Below, piece by piece: positions 51,740 through 62,351 of a stretch of 64,000 nucleotides of DNA (the first letter of the stretch is position 1; every line of letters starts with the position of its first letter). The notes below the pieces were generated by a model that was given only the letters and a program-made list of their open reading frames with translations, searched no databases and had not been told where the DNA came from. The translations under genes were made by a program, and so were the position numbers. The stretch lies in NCBI GenBank assembly GCA_963666285.1, contig OY762711.1. One strand, 5' to 3'. Origin of the DNA: Sedimentisphaerales bacterium (GTDB lineage: Bacteria; Planctomycetota; Phycisphaerae; Sedimentisphaerales; SM23-30).

Positions 51740-51755
51740 AGCAAGTATTATGCCA
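51740..51755 (-). promoter_or_regulatory. Sigma54 (-24/-12) promoter
   Basis: Minus strand TGGCAT-AATAC-TTGCT versus consensus TGGCAC-N5-TTGCW. Confidence 0.7.
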
Positions 51756-52163
51756 CTAACTATAAAAATCGACAAAAACGTTATAAAACATAAATTTTAA
51801 TAACAATAATGCGTACAAAACAAGTTTTAAAACATATTGCCCCACCGATTAACCTTTCAAAAGTGTTACATAAGGTTAACCTTTTTTACAATATTGTAAC
51901 TAAGCACAATAGCATTCTCATTTACTCACCCTAAGCTTTACCTTAATTATAAGGCAGTAAACATATAATATAGTGAGAAAAACCAAATTGGCAAGAATAT
52001 ATCTGAATAAAAACTATCTTAAAATGCATTAAAATAAAGCAGATATATTACTAACACAACCATCACATAACAACATAGTTTTTTTTAATACAACAACTTA
52101 CACACATCAGTCGTCATCAATATTTAATAAAATATCACTGTTTTTAAGATATTAAACTAAACA

Positions 52164-52616
52164 TTATACAGCGATTTTCAAAACTATTTTTCTAACAGTA
52201 CCATCGCTACCAATAGAACAACCAGGCTTATGACAATCCTGAGGGAAATATATTACAAACTCGCCTTCAGCCAGAATAATCCTGCTGTAATCGCATATGG
52301 TGCCATAAAATGCCAGATCTTTCTCAGCATCGTACTCTTTTTCAATAACAAGGTTCTTAGTATCAAGAGGTGTTATCCCATGCATTTCTGAGCCGGAAAG
52401 CATAATCTGCACATCAATATATTTCCTGTGAGATTCAAATAGCTTCTCATTTTCCGGACCAGTTTGATAGCTCTCTACATTGGCAAATATCTTGTCGCCG
52501 TCGATGTGATATCTGCCATCAGCATCAGAGAATGCTTTGGCAAAATCAACTGCCCTGGCAATATCACTATCAGAACCAACATAAACACCAATATTTTCTA
52601 ATTTATCGTATATCAT
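52164..52616 (-). CDS. YhcH/YjgK/YiaL (NanQ-like) protein
   Basis: FESHRKYIDVQ, IYFPQDCHKP, VRKIVLKI. Confidence 0.93.
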   Translation of the reverse strand: MIYDKLENIGVYVGSDSDIARAVDFAKAFSDADGRYHIDGDKIFANVESYQTGPENEKLFESHRKYIDVQIMLSGSEMHGITPLDTKNLVIEKEYDAEKDLAFYGTICDYSRIILAEGEFVIYFPQDCHKPGCSIGSDGTVRKIVLKIAV

Positions 52617-52790
52617 TTAATTTATCAAACTGACCAATGGCCGATTTGGCGGGTTCCAGGTATTAGTTTTTAATAAAAAAGTAAGGATTGCACACAACCG
52701 GGACAACCATCTCATCTTAAAGTATTGTTTTATAAGACATTACAGAAAGAGTTAATTTCTTTCAGTCGTATTGAATAATAACAATAAATA

Positions 52791-53774
52791 CTATTCAGAT
52801 CCGGCATTACCCATCCTGAAAGCAGTAGCGATAGCCAAGAAAACAAATAACAGGTCTAACGGCCCTAAAGTTTCAATCACACCCTGAGTTGCCACCCCTG
52901 ATAGTTCTTCTTTCATTTGAGAATTAAACCAGTCAACTACTTTCTGGCATGCAGTGCGTTTATCCCAAGAGCTGCCCAGAGTTAAAGCTTTAGAATGTAA
53001 CTCTTTAATTTCCGGGGAAATAGAGGCAATATCTAAAGCATCATAATATGCATTATCATGCTCAAGCTGCTGTAATTCAGAAATTTCACCATTATTTGCC
53101 ATTTCAAAAACAGCAGCAAAAGCCAGGCAATCTTGATTCATCTCGATTAAATCAGCAGCATTTTCTACAGTAATAGTGGTATTTTCATTCAAAATCCAGG
53201 TAACAGCGATATATTTACCGGCAAATATGCCGACTACAGCCAATACCGCAGCAATTACGCCAGTAAAATTATTTAAGCTGGCTCCGCTGAGAGTAAATCC
53301 TAAACCGGTAAGGAACCCAACGCCAATGGCAATCCAGCCAATTTCATAACCAGTAATTTTGACAACTAATGCCCAGAGGAAAGCACCCACAAGAGCACCG
53401 CCAGCACCAAGAGCAATAGCAAGAGGCAATTTAGCGGCATCAACGGCTATTTCGCCAACAGCCGATTTGCCAGGCTTTTTCTTTTTAGGAGTTTCGTGCC
53501 ATTGGCTATCGTCAATGTCCTGCTCTTTATCCTGCAGTCGAGATTCACGTAATGCCTGGTTCTGTTCATAGTCAGCAGCACCCTGTGATTCCATCATCTC
53601 TAAATCGGATTTGAGGTCGGAAAAAATGTTAGCTTCGTCAGCCGACTGTTCGGGTGCCGGCGGCTCCGGAACCACAAGAGCAGTCTCACAAGATGGGCAT
53701 TTCACTCTTTTAGAAGCATATTCTACAGGAACTTTCAATTTTTTTTCACAATTTTCGCAGCTAAACCGTATCAT
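52791..53774 (-). CDS. Zn-ribbon plus membrane hypothetical protein
   Basis: MIRFSCENC...VKCPSC; Gly-rich TM helices. Confidence 0.75.
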   Translation of the reverse strand: MIRFSCENCEKKLKVPVEYASKRVKCPSCETALVVPEPPAPEQSADEANIFSDLKSDLEMMESQGAADYEQNQALRESRLQDKEQDIDDSQWHETPKKKKPGKSAVGEIAVDAAKLPLAIALGAGGALVGAFLWALVVKITGYEIGWIAIGVGFLTGLGFTLSGASLNNFTGVIAAVLAVVGIFAGKYIAVTWILNENTTITVENAADLIEMNQDCLAFAAVFEMANNGEISELQQLEHDNAYYDALDIASISPEIKELHSKALTLGSSWDKRTACQKVVDWFNSQMKEELSGVATQGVIETLGPLDLLFVFLAIATAFRMGNAGSE

Positions 53775-54329
53775 ACCTAACACCTATTCATACAATCAGT
53801 TAACAATATTTTCAATTTACATAGATCCCATTTCCGCCCAAAAAATAACATCTAACGATGATATAAAACCAACAAAAATGGTAATAACCCTTAACGATAA
53901 AATTATGAGTATATATTCTGACCTGAAATAGCGAAATAGTCAAGAAAAAATTGTCAACGAAACAAGGCAACAAAGTATAGCCAATTGAGATTGGAATGTT
54001 GAATGACCGTTCATTCTGAACGGACAGGCCCCTAAAAAAACTTAAATATTCAATTATTCAAAGAGCGAAATTTATGTTATAGACGAAGTTTTCGTCGTTG
54101 TTAAGTTTTATAGAGAGCTGATTTTTGTTGGTTCGCTTTTTTATTAGCTCTCTACTATCGGATGGTATGTCGAAAGTGCGCTGATTTTTGTGGCGGGATG
54201 GTTGGTGTGGACGATTGTAAGGTGTTTGTAGCAAGCGGGATAAAATTTTTGGGAATTATAGATTTTCGCGATTTGGTTGATGTAAAAACGCGGTGATTTA
54301 TTTTTTGAAAAAATCAAGAGAAGAATTGC

Positions 54330-55130
54330 GGTGTCGCTTCGCGACGGCTAATTAATGGGGGACGGAGGGAGTGCGGCATATATACGGGGCAGCGCGGCGG
54401 GTGGACGGCGGTGAAAAGGTAAACGGATTTGAACGGCGGCGAATTGCGGGCTGCGGGTAGTATACGGCGGAACGTTGAATGGGTGCGGCGGTATACGGAC
54501 GGAAACGAAGCGGAGAAGCGGAAAACGGTTCTGAAGTATAAAGGACAAAGTATAAAAAATCAAGAGAGCTTGTCAGCAGCGAGTTGCCAGCGACCAGCAA
54601 CCAGCGGTCAGTGAAGAGGAAATACGTGCTACGCGAACGACCGAAGGTCGTTAGAGAGTAGAACAGGTGAGCAGTAGAACAGGCAATCAGCAGCGAGCTA
54701 TCAGCGGCCAGCGGTCAGTATATTAACTTCGTGCTACGCACTCTGGCACATCATTGGAGAAGTCCAATGATGTGAAGGAATCGCCTAGCGGCGATACTAT
54801 TTTTATGTGTTGAAGCGAAAGTGAAGGCGGTTTGCGAAGTTGATCGGGCGGTTTGCGGAGGTAGTGCGGCGGGAAGGGAATTATGCGGATATTATCGTAA
54901 GTTGTTATTTTTGGATTGTGGGCAGACCAGATGCCGCGAAGCGGCATCAAAGTGTAAAAGGTGTTCGCCTAGCGGCTCACAACTTATTTTAAAGCTTACT
55001 CATATGAAAAGATCATGCCAAAATTGCGGTACCTGAAGGATGAGAAGAGTTAGAAGAAAGAAGCGAGAAGAGAGAGTTTAAAACCGATTCGTTCAGGACA
55101 TGGGTAACGGTTATCTAACTTCGCTATATA
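54330..55130. repeat. Cluster of REP-like palindromes and short tandem repeats
   Basis: GTCGCTTCGCGAC, AACGACCGAAGGTCGTT, GATGCCGCGAAGCGGCATC, TCGCCTAGCGGC twice, CAGCG(A/G)-type runs. Confidence 0.55.
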
Positions 55131-55136
55131 TTAACA

Positions 55137-56120
55137 CTATTTGCTTTGCTTGAATAGCCAGTCACGAACAGCTGACAGTTTGTAGGCGTAGTCGAAAGAG
55201 TACATGTGTTCACCACCGGGGCCATGGCTGCCTTCAGGAATTACGGTGCCCCTGGTAAACTTAATGAAATTTATGGTATGCCCCTGACTGAGAAGCGTCT
55301 GCACATATTTATCCTGTTCTTGTGGAGAAATCTTAGCGGAAAATTCAGTTGAGCCAAACTTTACACCATTTTCTGTCAGCATCTTGGCCAGCTCATTCAT
55401 GCCAATAGATGCCTTTGGGTCAGCGGCAGACACAATATAGAAGAACTTCATATCCACGAGCGGTTCCAGGACATTGACATCCCATTGACTTCCGACATAA
55501 ATTGAAGCGGCAAAGAGGCCGGGATAGTTAGCGTTAAAATAAAATGAGATCATCCCACCCATTGACTGGCCTGTAGTGTAGAGCCTGTTAATATCAATAT
55601 TATATTGGGATACAACAAAGTGGAGCAGCCGAAAAGCAACTGAAACTTCATCACTTACCTGCCAGTTGTCGTTGGTTGCTCTTTCCGGACCGGCAAAGGA
55701 AGGAGCGAGCACAAAACAGGGATTCTGAGCCTGGCTTTCATCTGTCGCCCATATTATGGCACCATAACCCTGCTTGAGCGGTGCATCGTAGACTTTGCCT
55801 GCTGTGCTTGCGTCAGCCATAAAAAGTACAAGGGGATAACTTTTGGTTTTGTCATAGTCTTTGGGAATGAATAAATTGTAAGTCATTGTTCTTCCAGTAA
55901 CTTTATCTTCAAATTGAAATTTTTTAAACCTGGGAGCAATTTTTTCTCTCAGCAGCAGAAGTTCCTTATCATAACTTTTGTCTGCTCCACCATATGTCCT
56001 GTCCCATGAGCTATCCTGGTCTGGACGAGTGCGCTGCTCTGCCTGGTTTGTATTAGTATTTGAAGCAAAAGATGTTAGAACGAAAGAAAAAAAGACTATC
56101 CAGAAAAATAAGACTTTCAT
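55137..56120 (-). CDS. Secreted alpha/beta hydrolase (predicted peptidase/esterase)
   Basis: YPLVLFM, RLYTTGQSMGG, EHM. Confidence 0.85.
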   Translation of the reverse strand: MKVLFFWIVFFSFVLTSFASNTNTNQAEQRTRPDQDSSWDRTYGGADKSYDKELLLLREKIAPRFKKFQFEDKVTGRTMTYNLFIPKDYDKTKSYPLVLFMADASTAGKVYDAPLKQGYGAIIWATDESQAQNPCFVLAPSFAGPERATNDNWQVSDEVSVAFRLLHFVVSQYNIDINRLYTTGQSMGGMISFYFNANYPGLFAASIYVGSQWDVNVLEPLVDMKFFYIVSAADPKASIGMNELAKMLTENGVKFGSTEFSAKISPQEQDKYVQTLLSQGHTINFIKFTRGTVIPEGSHGPGGEHMYSFDYAYKLSAVRDWLFKQSK

Positions 56121-56310
56121 AATAAGCTCCTTAGAAGATCAAGTTTTCCATTATTTAATCGTATTTAACCCTATGGGGCAGGTTATATCAATATAAAAAT
56201 GATGAGAAGAGAAAAAGTGTATGCATCCCTATAACCAGTCTCTGGTTTTTTGGGATGTAATCAGTATAATAATCGATATGCAGCATAATGATTATTGAAG
56301 GAGTCCGGCT

Positions 56311-57621
56311 ATGTTTAGAATATTAGTTATTACTATTTTAATCACCATGCCGCTAATTTCAGCGGAATCGGATATTGGCCAAACAAGTCCTGAATTACGC
56401 CATAGAGTGATAGTCTCGACCGACATCGGCGGAACAGATTATGACGATTTCCAGTCTATGGTGCATTACCTGCTCTATAGCGATATATTTGATACGGAAG
56501 GGATAATATCATCGCCAATCGGCGGTCCGGGCCGCAAATCAGACATACTAAAGGTAATTGACGTTTATGAAAAAGATTATGGCAATCTAAAATCATGGTC
56601 ATCGAGCTACCCTGGGCCACAGCAATTACGCGATATGTCCAAACAGGGAGCTATTGACCGGGCCGGACTGAAAGGTTTTGATACGCCTACCGAGGGTTCG
56701 CAATGGATTATCAAATGCGCGAAACGCCAAGACCCCAGACCACTCTGGGTACTAGTCTGGGGCGGCCTGGAAGATGTGGCACAAGCCCTGCATGACGAAC
56801 CTGCAATAGAGTCGAAACTAAGAGTATATTTCATCGGCGGACCAAATAAAAAATGGTCCACAACAGCCTATGACTATATATCCCGAAACCATCGGTCATT
56901 ATGGATAATTGAAGCGAATTCCACCTATCGCGGCTGGTTTACCGGCGGTGACCAAGAGGGGCAATGGAATAATGACAGTTTTCCACAACAACACATTGCC
57001 GACTGCGGAGCATTGGGCGAGTTCTTCGTGAAAGGGATCAGTTTCAAATCTCAAATCCGCAGCACAATAAAAATGGGTGATACCCCATCAGTTGTATATT
57101 TGCTCGGTAAAAGTCCAGAAGATCCGTCCAGCCAATCCTGGGGCGGCAGTTTTGTGCGGGCATGGGACAGACCACGCTATACATTTGAACATTTACCCAC
57201 TGTCGATGACACAGTAGAAACATTTGCTATTATTGAAATAATACGCAGAATAAATTGTGATACGACACCAGATTCAAAATCATACCTGATAATAGACAAA
57301 CAGCGATTTGAAGGTTTTGTCGATATGTCGGGAAACCGGCATTTTATTTTTTCGCCCAAGACTGCTAAAAAGTGGAATTATACTATTGAAAGTACTGTGC
57401 CTGAGCTGAACAATCAGAAAGGCAGTTTCACTTCATACCGGCCTAATCCAGAGCAAGCGAACCATCCATCAGGCCAATATGAAAACTGGTGGACCGACAA
57501 TCCGGACCCCGCTTTTGCAGAAGGAGTACACCAGGGAGCCAAAACCATTAGCCGCTGGCGGAAAGAATTTCTCAGCGACTTTGCCCAGAGGATGCAGCGC
57601 TGTAAAAAACTAAAACAATAA
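56311..57621 (+). CDS. DUF1593 (nucleoside hydrolase-like) protein
   Basis: RVIVSTDIGGTDYDDFQSMVH, RPLWVLVWGG, MGDTPS, SWGG. Confidence 0.88.
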   Translation: MFRILVITILITMPLISAESDIGQTSPELRHRVIVSTDIGGTDYDDFQSMVHYLLYSDIFDTEGIISSPIGGPGRKSDILKVIDVYEKDYGNLKSWSSSYPGPQQLRDMSKQGAIDRAGLKGFDTPTEGSQWIIKCAKRQDPRPLWVLVWGGLEDVAQALHDEPAIESKLRVYFIGGPNKKWSTTAYDYISRNHRSLWIIEANSTYRGWFTGGDQEGQWNNDSFPQQHIADCGALGEFFVKGISFKSQIRSTIKMGDTPSVVYLLGKSPEDPSSQSWGGSFVRAWDRPRYTFEHLPTVDDTVETFAIIEIIRRINCDTTPDSKSYLIIDKQRFEGFVDMSGNRHFIFSPKTAKKWNYTIESTVPELNNQKGSFTSYRPNPEQANHPSGQYENWWTDNPDPAFAEGVHQGAKTISRWRKEFLSDFAQRMQRCKKLKQ

Positions 57622-57664
57622 CAAAAGGCTGGTATCCGTTCTTGCAATCAATATAATAAAGGTC

Positions 57665-58072
57665 ATGAATTTTCATAACAGACAACCTGTAAAGGCGAAG
57701 TTAAACCTGACGCCGATGATAGATGTTGTGTTTCTGCTGATAATCTTTTTTATGGTGGTATCGCAGTACAGCAGCCAGGAGCGGTCTATGCTGGAGCTGC
57801 CGAAGGCGGATGATGCCGAGCAAATCCAGAGTACGGCCCAGCAGCAGTCGATAATAGTGAATATCGAGGCGGACGGTCGGATTATGATCGGTGAAATCGA
57901 GTATGATATCAATGGGCTGGGTGAGCTGCTGAGCGGTCATGGAGAGGACAAGATAACGATCCGATCCGACAGGCAGTGTCAATGGCAGATGGTCCGCCCA
58001 GTATTTGATACATGCCGAAAGGCGGGGATATCTACACCTAATATTGCAGTAGTAAAAGAGAGTGACAATTAA
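57665..58072 (+). CDS. exbD: Biopolymer transport protein ExbD/TolR
   Basis: NLTPMIDVVFLLIIFFMV, IRSD. Confidence 0.9.
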   Translation: MNFHNRQPVKAKLNLTPMIDVVFLLIIFFMVVSQYSSQERSMLELPKADDAEQIQSTAQQQSIIVNIEADGRIMIGEIEYDINGLGELLSGHGEDKITIRSDRQCQWQMVRPVFDTCRKAGISTPNIAVVKESDN

Positions 58073-58169
58073 TAACTCAAACTGACAGATGGTCAGTTTA
58101 AGAGAGATAAGGGAACAGTACCGGCATCGCTCGTTACTGATCTAAGTTAGCTATCAAAGAGGTTTGATA

Positions 58170-58670
58170 ATGAAATTGGTTACAGAAAGACTGGTATTGC
58201 TGCCCTGCTCGCTGGAGATGTTAAAAAGCCTGGTTGACGATAGGATCAATCTTGGTCAGATAGCAGGTGTGCAAGTGCCGGAAAGTTGGCCAATGGAAGA
58301 TTTGCAGGACGCCGCACCATTTTTTATAGATATATTGGTCAAGTATCCGGAGATGGAAGGTAGGCTCAACTGGCTTATTGTAGAAAAATCCCAAAATATG
58401 CTGATAGGCAGTATCGGTTTCAAAGGAAAACCCAGTGAAAACGGCGAAACAGAGATAGGATTTGGGCTTGACAGTTCGTACTGGCGAAAAGGATATGCGA
58501 CAGAAGCGGCAAAAGAACTGATCGGCTGGGCATTTTTACAGGATGATATCCAAAAGATCACCGCTGAATGTGATTTTGACAATACCGCATCGAAAAGAGT
58601 GCTTGAAAAAGTTGGGATGTGTAATATTGCAGAACGAGATAATATGCTATACTGGGAACTTTGCAGGTAG
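58170..58670 (+). CDS. RimJ/RimL-type GNAT acetyltransferase
   Basis: TERLVL, EIGF...YWRKGYATEA, NTASKRVLEKVG. Confidence 0.92.
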   Translation: MKLVTERLVLLPCSLEMLKSLVDDRINLGQIAGVQVPESWPMEDLQDAAPFFIDILVKYPEMEGRLNWLIVEKSQNMLIGSIGFKGKPSENGETEIGFGLDSSYWRKGYATEAAKELIGWAFLQDDIQKITAECDFDNTASKRVLEKVGMCNIAERDNMLYWELCR

Positions 58671-58784
58671 CAGCTTTAGCAAAAATATAGTTCAATTGTA
58701 AATGATATCTTTGTGGCTAGAGAAGAGTGGTTAACCGAAGCTGGCCAATGGGCAATTTCAGAGGTTTAGAAGATTTAAGGTTCA

Positions 58785-58890
58785 GAAATTAGGGTATTTG
58801 GCGAGCTATTTCTCGAATAGTATAATTCAAAGTGTTGCAGGAAATCCATTTTAGGTGATTTTTGCAATTTATAAGCAGCGAAAGATAACT
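58785..58890 (-). repeat. Dispersed repeat family R1, partial copy 5 (inverted)
   Basis: Reverse complement CTTTCGC...TTGCAA..TCACCTAA...TTCCTGCAACAC...TCGAGAAATAGCTCG as in copy 4. Confidence 0.7.
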
Positions 58891-58921
58891 ATGATAGTAG
58901 AATGAATAATAGCAATATACT

Positions 58922-59054
58922 GTAACCGTTCACACGGTTACAGTAATAAGATATAAGTAAAAAGAAATAAGTTAAGGTATCGCTTATCGTGACCTATTTT
59001 AAAGCTTCGCAAACACAGAATCTGACGCAAATAACGCACCTGTGAATGCTTACA
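58922..59054 (+). repeat. Direct repeat R3, copy 1 (133 bp)
   Basis: Near-identical to 63581-63713. Confidence 0.9.
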
Positions 59055-59079
59055 ATATATTAAATATGATGGTGGAACA

Positions 59080-60891
59080 ATGATTAATTATGAGCAATTA
59101 GCAGAACAGGCTGATATAGCATATAATGAAGATTCAGAAAACGAAAAAGCAATAGAACTATATCAGCAGGCACTAGCAGCACTTCCCGCAGAGGAAAAAA
59201 AACTGGAAGCAAAATATTCTAACGGGCTGGCACTAGCGTATCATGAGACTCGAGAGTTCGATAAAGCCGAAGAGCTTTTTAAGCACTCCATATCAATAAT
59301 AAAAGAGCTGCATGGTGAGCTCCACGAAGACCTTGCTATTGATTACGGAAACCTGGGGCTACTCTATCAAGATATGTACCGCTTTGAAGAGGCAGAGGAG
59401 TTTCTAACAAAAGCAATTGAAATAGATGAAAAACTTTTGGGGCCGGACGATCCTGAATTAACTTTACGGCTAAGTTACTTAGGAAATCTGTATCATGAAC
59501 TATGTCAATACGAAGATGCAGAGAAGCTATACCAACGATCGCTTAAAATTGATGAAGCTCACTATGGCACACAACACATTGAGGTAGCAACAGACCTGTT
59601 CAACCTGGCTTCCGTATATGATGACATGAGCCTTTATGATAAAGCTATAGAGTATTATAAAAAAGCAATAGTCATAAAAGAAAAAGAATATGGAGCAGAT
59701 GCGCCAGAAGTTGCCAGCACACTAAACGCCCTTTCGGTATCTTATAACAAAACATGCAATTATGATGAAGCTGAGAAATTATTATTACGTTCAATAAGCA
59801 ACGGTGAAAAGAATCTTGGAGAAAATCACCCTGACCTTGCAATTCGGCTAGATAACCTGGCACTACAATACACAAAAAGAGAGCGATATGAAGAAGCCGA
59901 ACCGCTAGTTAAACGAGCATTGAAAATATTTGAAGATAACTTCGGGGCTGTCCATCCTGATGTTGGCATAGCTCTCAACAACCTTGCCCTGCTATACAAT
60001 AATACAGGCAGAATCGAAGAGGCAGAAGAACTTTACAAGCGATGCACCAGAATTAGAGAGCAGATATACGGTAAAGATAATCCAAATATAATTAGTTCGA
60101 TATCAAACCTGGCAACTCTATACGAAGAAGAAGGCCGCTTCGATGAAGCATTTAAACTATATTCAAGATCTTTAGAAATTAATATTTCACATTACGGTGA
60201 AGTTAGCCATGAAGCTGCATCCGGCTATAATGACATTGGGCAAATGTGGTCAGCAGCTGAGCAATATGATAAAGCGGAAGATATGTATACAAAGGCTATG
60301 GACATATTTAAGGCTGTTCACGGGGAAGATTCTATTGATTATGCCGCTCAACTATACAATCTTGCCGAAGTGTGTAGCGAGACTAAACGATTTGAAGAGT
60401 CGGTAAAATACCTTGAACGTGCAATTGAGATAGATAAAGCATATTATGGCGAAGAACACCTGGAAATTGCCAAAGACTATGAATTATTGGCCGCCACTTA
60501 TAATCGCACAGAAAAATACGCAAAGGCAGAAAAGTTTATGGTTCAGGCATTGGAAATACGAAAGAAATGCCTAAAGGAAAATGACGAAGAAATTGCCCGC
60601 ACTCTTAATAATTTAGCTGCTATATATAACAATCTCGATCATCTTGCTGATTCTATAGTAACATCAGAACAGGCTGTAATAATTTTAATAAATAACTCAA
60701 GAGAAACCGGCAAAGTAAATCCGCACTTAAAAGACGCAGCCGAGTATCTATTGATAGACCTGATAACCAGTAAAATACCAGAGGAAGAAAGCCGCAAAAG
60801 AGTGATAGATATCGCACCTGAGCTACTCAGTGACATTGTCGAAAATATTGACCTTAGTAAAATAATCACTAAAGACGCGTACTTGAATTGA
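59080..60891 (+). CDS. Tetratricopeptide repeat protein (42-aa kinesin-light-chain-type repeats)
   Basis: Repeated G.DHP.A..L.NLA.LY...GRY.EA..L..RAL.I. Confidence 0.92.
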   Translation: MINYEQLAEQADIAYNEDSENEKAIELYQQALAALPAEEKKLEAKYSNGLALAYHETREFDKAEELFKHSISIIKELHGELHEDLAIDYGNLGLLYQDMYRFEEAEEFLTKAIEIDEKLLGPDDPELTLRLSYLGNLYHELCQYEDAEKLYQRSLKIDEAHYGTQHIEVATDLFNLASVYDDMSLYDKAIEYYKKAIVIKEKEYGADAPEVASTLNALSVSYNKTCNYDEAEKLLLRSISNGEKNLGENHPDLAIRLDNLALQYTKRERYEEAEPLVKRALKIFEDNFGAVHPDVGIALNNLALLYNNTGRIEEAEELYKRCTRIREQIYGKDNPNIISSISNLATLYEEEGRFDEAFKLYSRSLEINISHYGEVSHEAASGYNDIGQMWSAAEQYDKAEDMYTKAMDIFKAVHGEDSIDYAAQLYNLAEVCSETKRFEESVKYLERAIEIDKAYYGEEHLEIAKDYELLAATYNRTEKYAKAEKFMVQALEIRKKCLKENDEEIARTLNNLAAIYNNLDHLADSIVTSEQAVIILINNSRETGKVNPHLKDAAEYLLIDLITSKIPEEESRKRVIDIAPELLSDIVENIDLSKIITKDAYLN

Positions 60892-61706
60892 AGAGCTTTA
60901 TGCTAACAGAAAAGACAGTTGAGCATGATAATTGCGTGCTGCATTATTGGTGCGGTGGTGATGCGGATGGTCCGGCGGTGGTATTTACCCATGGTATGAC
61001 GATGAGTCATGAGATGTGGCAGTATAACTACCAGGCAGTGGTCGATGCGGGATACCGGGTGATAGGCTGGGATATGCGTGGGCATGGCAAGTCTCGTCCA
61101 ATGGGCGATTATATAACTGTCCCGCGAGCGGCAGATGATATACTTGCGATAATGGATAACGAGCAGATCGGCCAGGCGGTGCTGGCAGGTCATTCGATGG
61201 GCGGGATGGTGAGCCAGGAGTTTGCGTTTCGATACCCGGATCGGGTAAAGGCGGTGTTTATCCTGGGCAGTTTGAATATCACCAGGAAACAGCCAGGGTT
61301 TGTATATATGCTGCGGCCGGCAGCAACGGTGTTTTTCTGGTTGTGTCCGCTGCCGCTATTAAATGCGTTTGCAAAACTGTTTGCCGGTAAGAAAAGGCAG
61401 ACTCGGGAGCTGGCGAGAAAGATATGCAAGGTAGTTACGAAAGAAGATTTCAAGAAGATATGGAAAGCAGTGATCAGCTGCGATCATTATGAGCCGGGGT
61501 ATAAGCCGAAGATGCCGTTTATGATAACTCGCGGCAGCGGCGATCACTGGATAGGAGCGGGGTTGATACGGCTACAGTCGAAAAAGTGGGCGAAGCAGTT
61601 CGGCTGCGGGCATGCTGTAATCCCGAAAGCCGGTCATAACGCGTGCAGTGATAATGCGGATGTGTTTGATGAGATGCTTATAGAATTTCTGAAAACTAAT
61701 GCCTGA
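60888..61706 (+). CDS. Alpha/beta fold hydrolase
   Basis: FTHG, DMRGHGKS, GHSMGG, AGH. Confidence 0.92.
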   Translation: MKSFMLTEKTVEHDNCVLHYWCGGDADGPAVVFTHGMTMSHEMWQYNYQAVVDAGYRVIGWDMRGHGKSRPMGDYITVPRAADDILAIMDNEQIGQAVLAGHSMGGMVSQEFAFRYPDRVKAVFILGSLNITRKQPGFVYMLRPAATVFFWLCPLPLLNAFAKLFAGKKRQTRELARKICKVVTKEDFKKIWKAVISCDHYEPGYKPKMPFMITRGSGDHWIGAGLIRLQSKKWAKQFGCGHAVIPKAGHNACSDNADVFDEMLIEFLKTNA

Positions 61707-61770
61707 TTGTTTTGCAGAACTACTGATAAATTCAGATAGACGCAGATAATGACATGAAAGAAGGAATGGT

Positions 61771-62268
61771 ATGAAGAAGAAAAAGTCATGGCAGGATAAG
61801 CTGAACGATAGTAAGGGACTGCCGAAAGTTGATAAGATAGATGCTAAAATGAGTAAGAGATGGGGAACGGGTACGTTTGTTATCCCGGCACCGATCGAAG
61901 TTGACGAGATAATGCGGAAGGTGCCGAAGGGTAAGCTGATAACGATAAATGAGATACGGGAGATATTAGCGGCCAGGCATAAAGCGACGATAAGCTGCCC
62001 GATTACGACGGGGATATTTTCGTGGATAGCTGCGCATGCCGCAGATGAGCAGGAAAACGAAGGTAAGAAACGGGTTACGCCATACTGGCGTACATTGAAA
62101 ACCGGCGGGATATTGAACGAGAAATACCCGGGCGGACTAGAGAATCTGAAGCAACGATTGGAAGCGGAAGGTCATAAGGTGATACGAAAAGGGAAGAGTA
62201 AGCACTTTATGGTGGAGGAATTTGAGAAAAAAGTAGTGAATGCGAGTAATAAGCAATGGTATCGCTAA
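61771..62268 (+). CDS. MGMT/alkyltransferase-like DNA-binding protein
   Basis: VPKGKLIT, TPYWRTLK..G.LN, LEAEGH. Confidence 0.8.
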   Translation: MKKKKSWQDKLNDSKGLPKVDKIDAKMSKRWGTGTFVIPAPIEVDEIMRKVPKGKLITINEIREILAARHKATISCPITTGIFSWIAAHAADEQENEGKKRVTPYWRTLKTGGILNEKYPGGLENLKQRLEAEGHKVIRKGKSKHFMVEEFEKKVVNASNKQWYR

Positions 62269-62351
62269 CGCGACGTTAATTTAAACGGCTTCGCCGAATA
62301 TGCCGAGCCCCTGATTAATCTGGATAAGATTCCGCTTGGCGTTTCCAGGTT

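Noticed and set aside
54054..54067. boxA-like CGCTCTTTGAATAA on the minus strand suggesting an rRNA leader
   Set aside because: No rRNA sequence follows in this window
54348..55036. Short ORFs in the GC-rich repeat tract
   Set aside because: Low-complexity translations overlapping on both strands, no recognisable family
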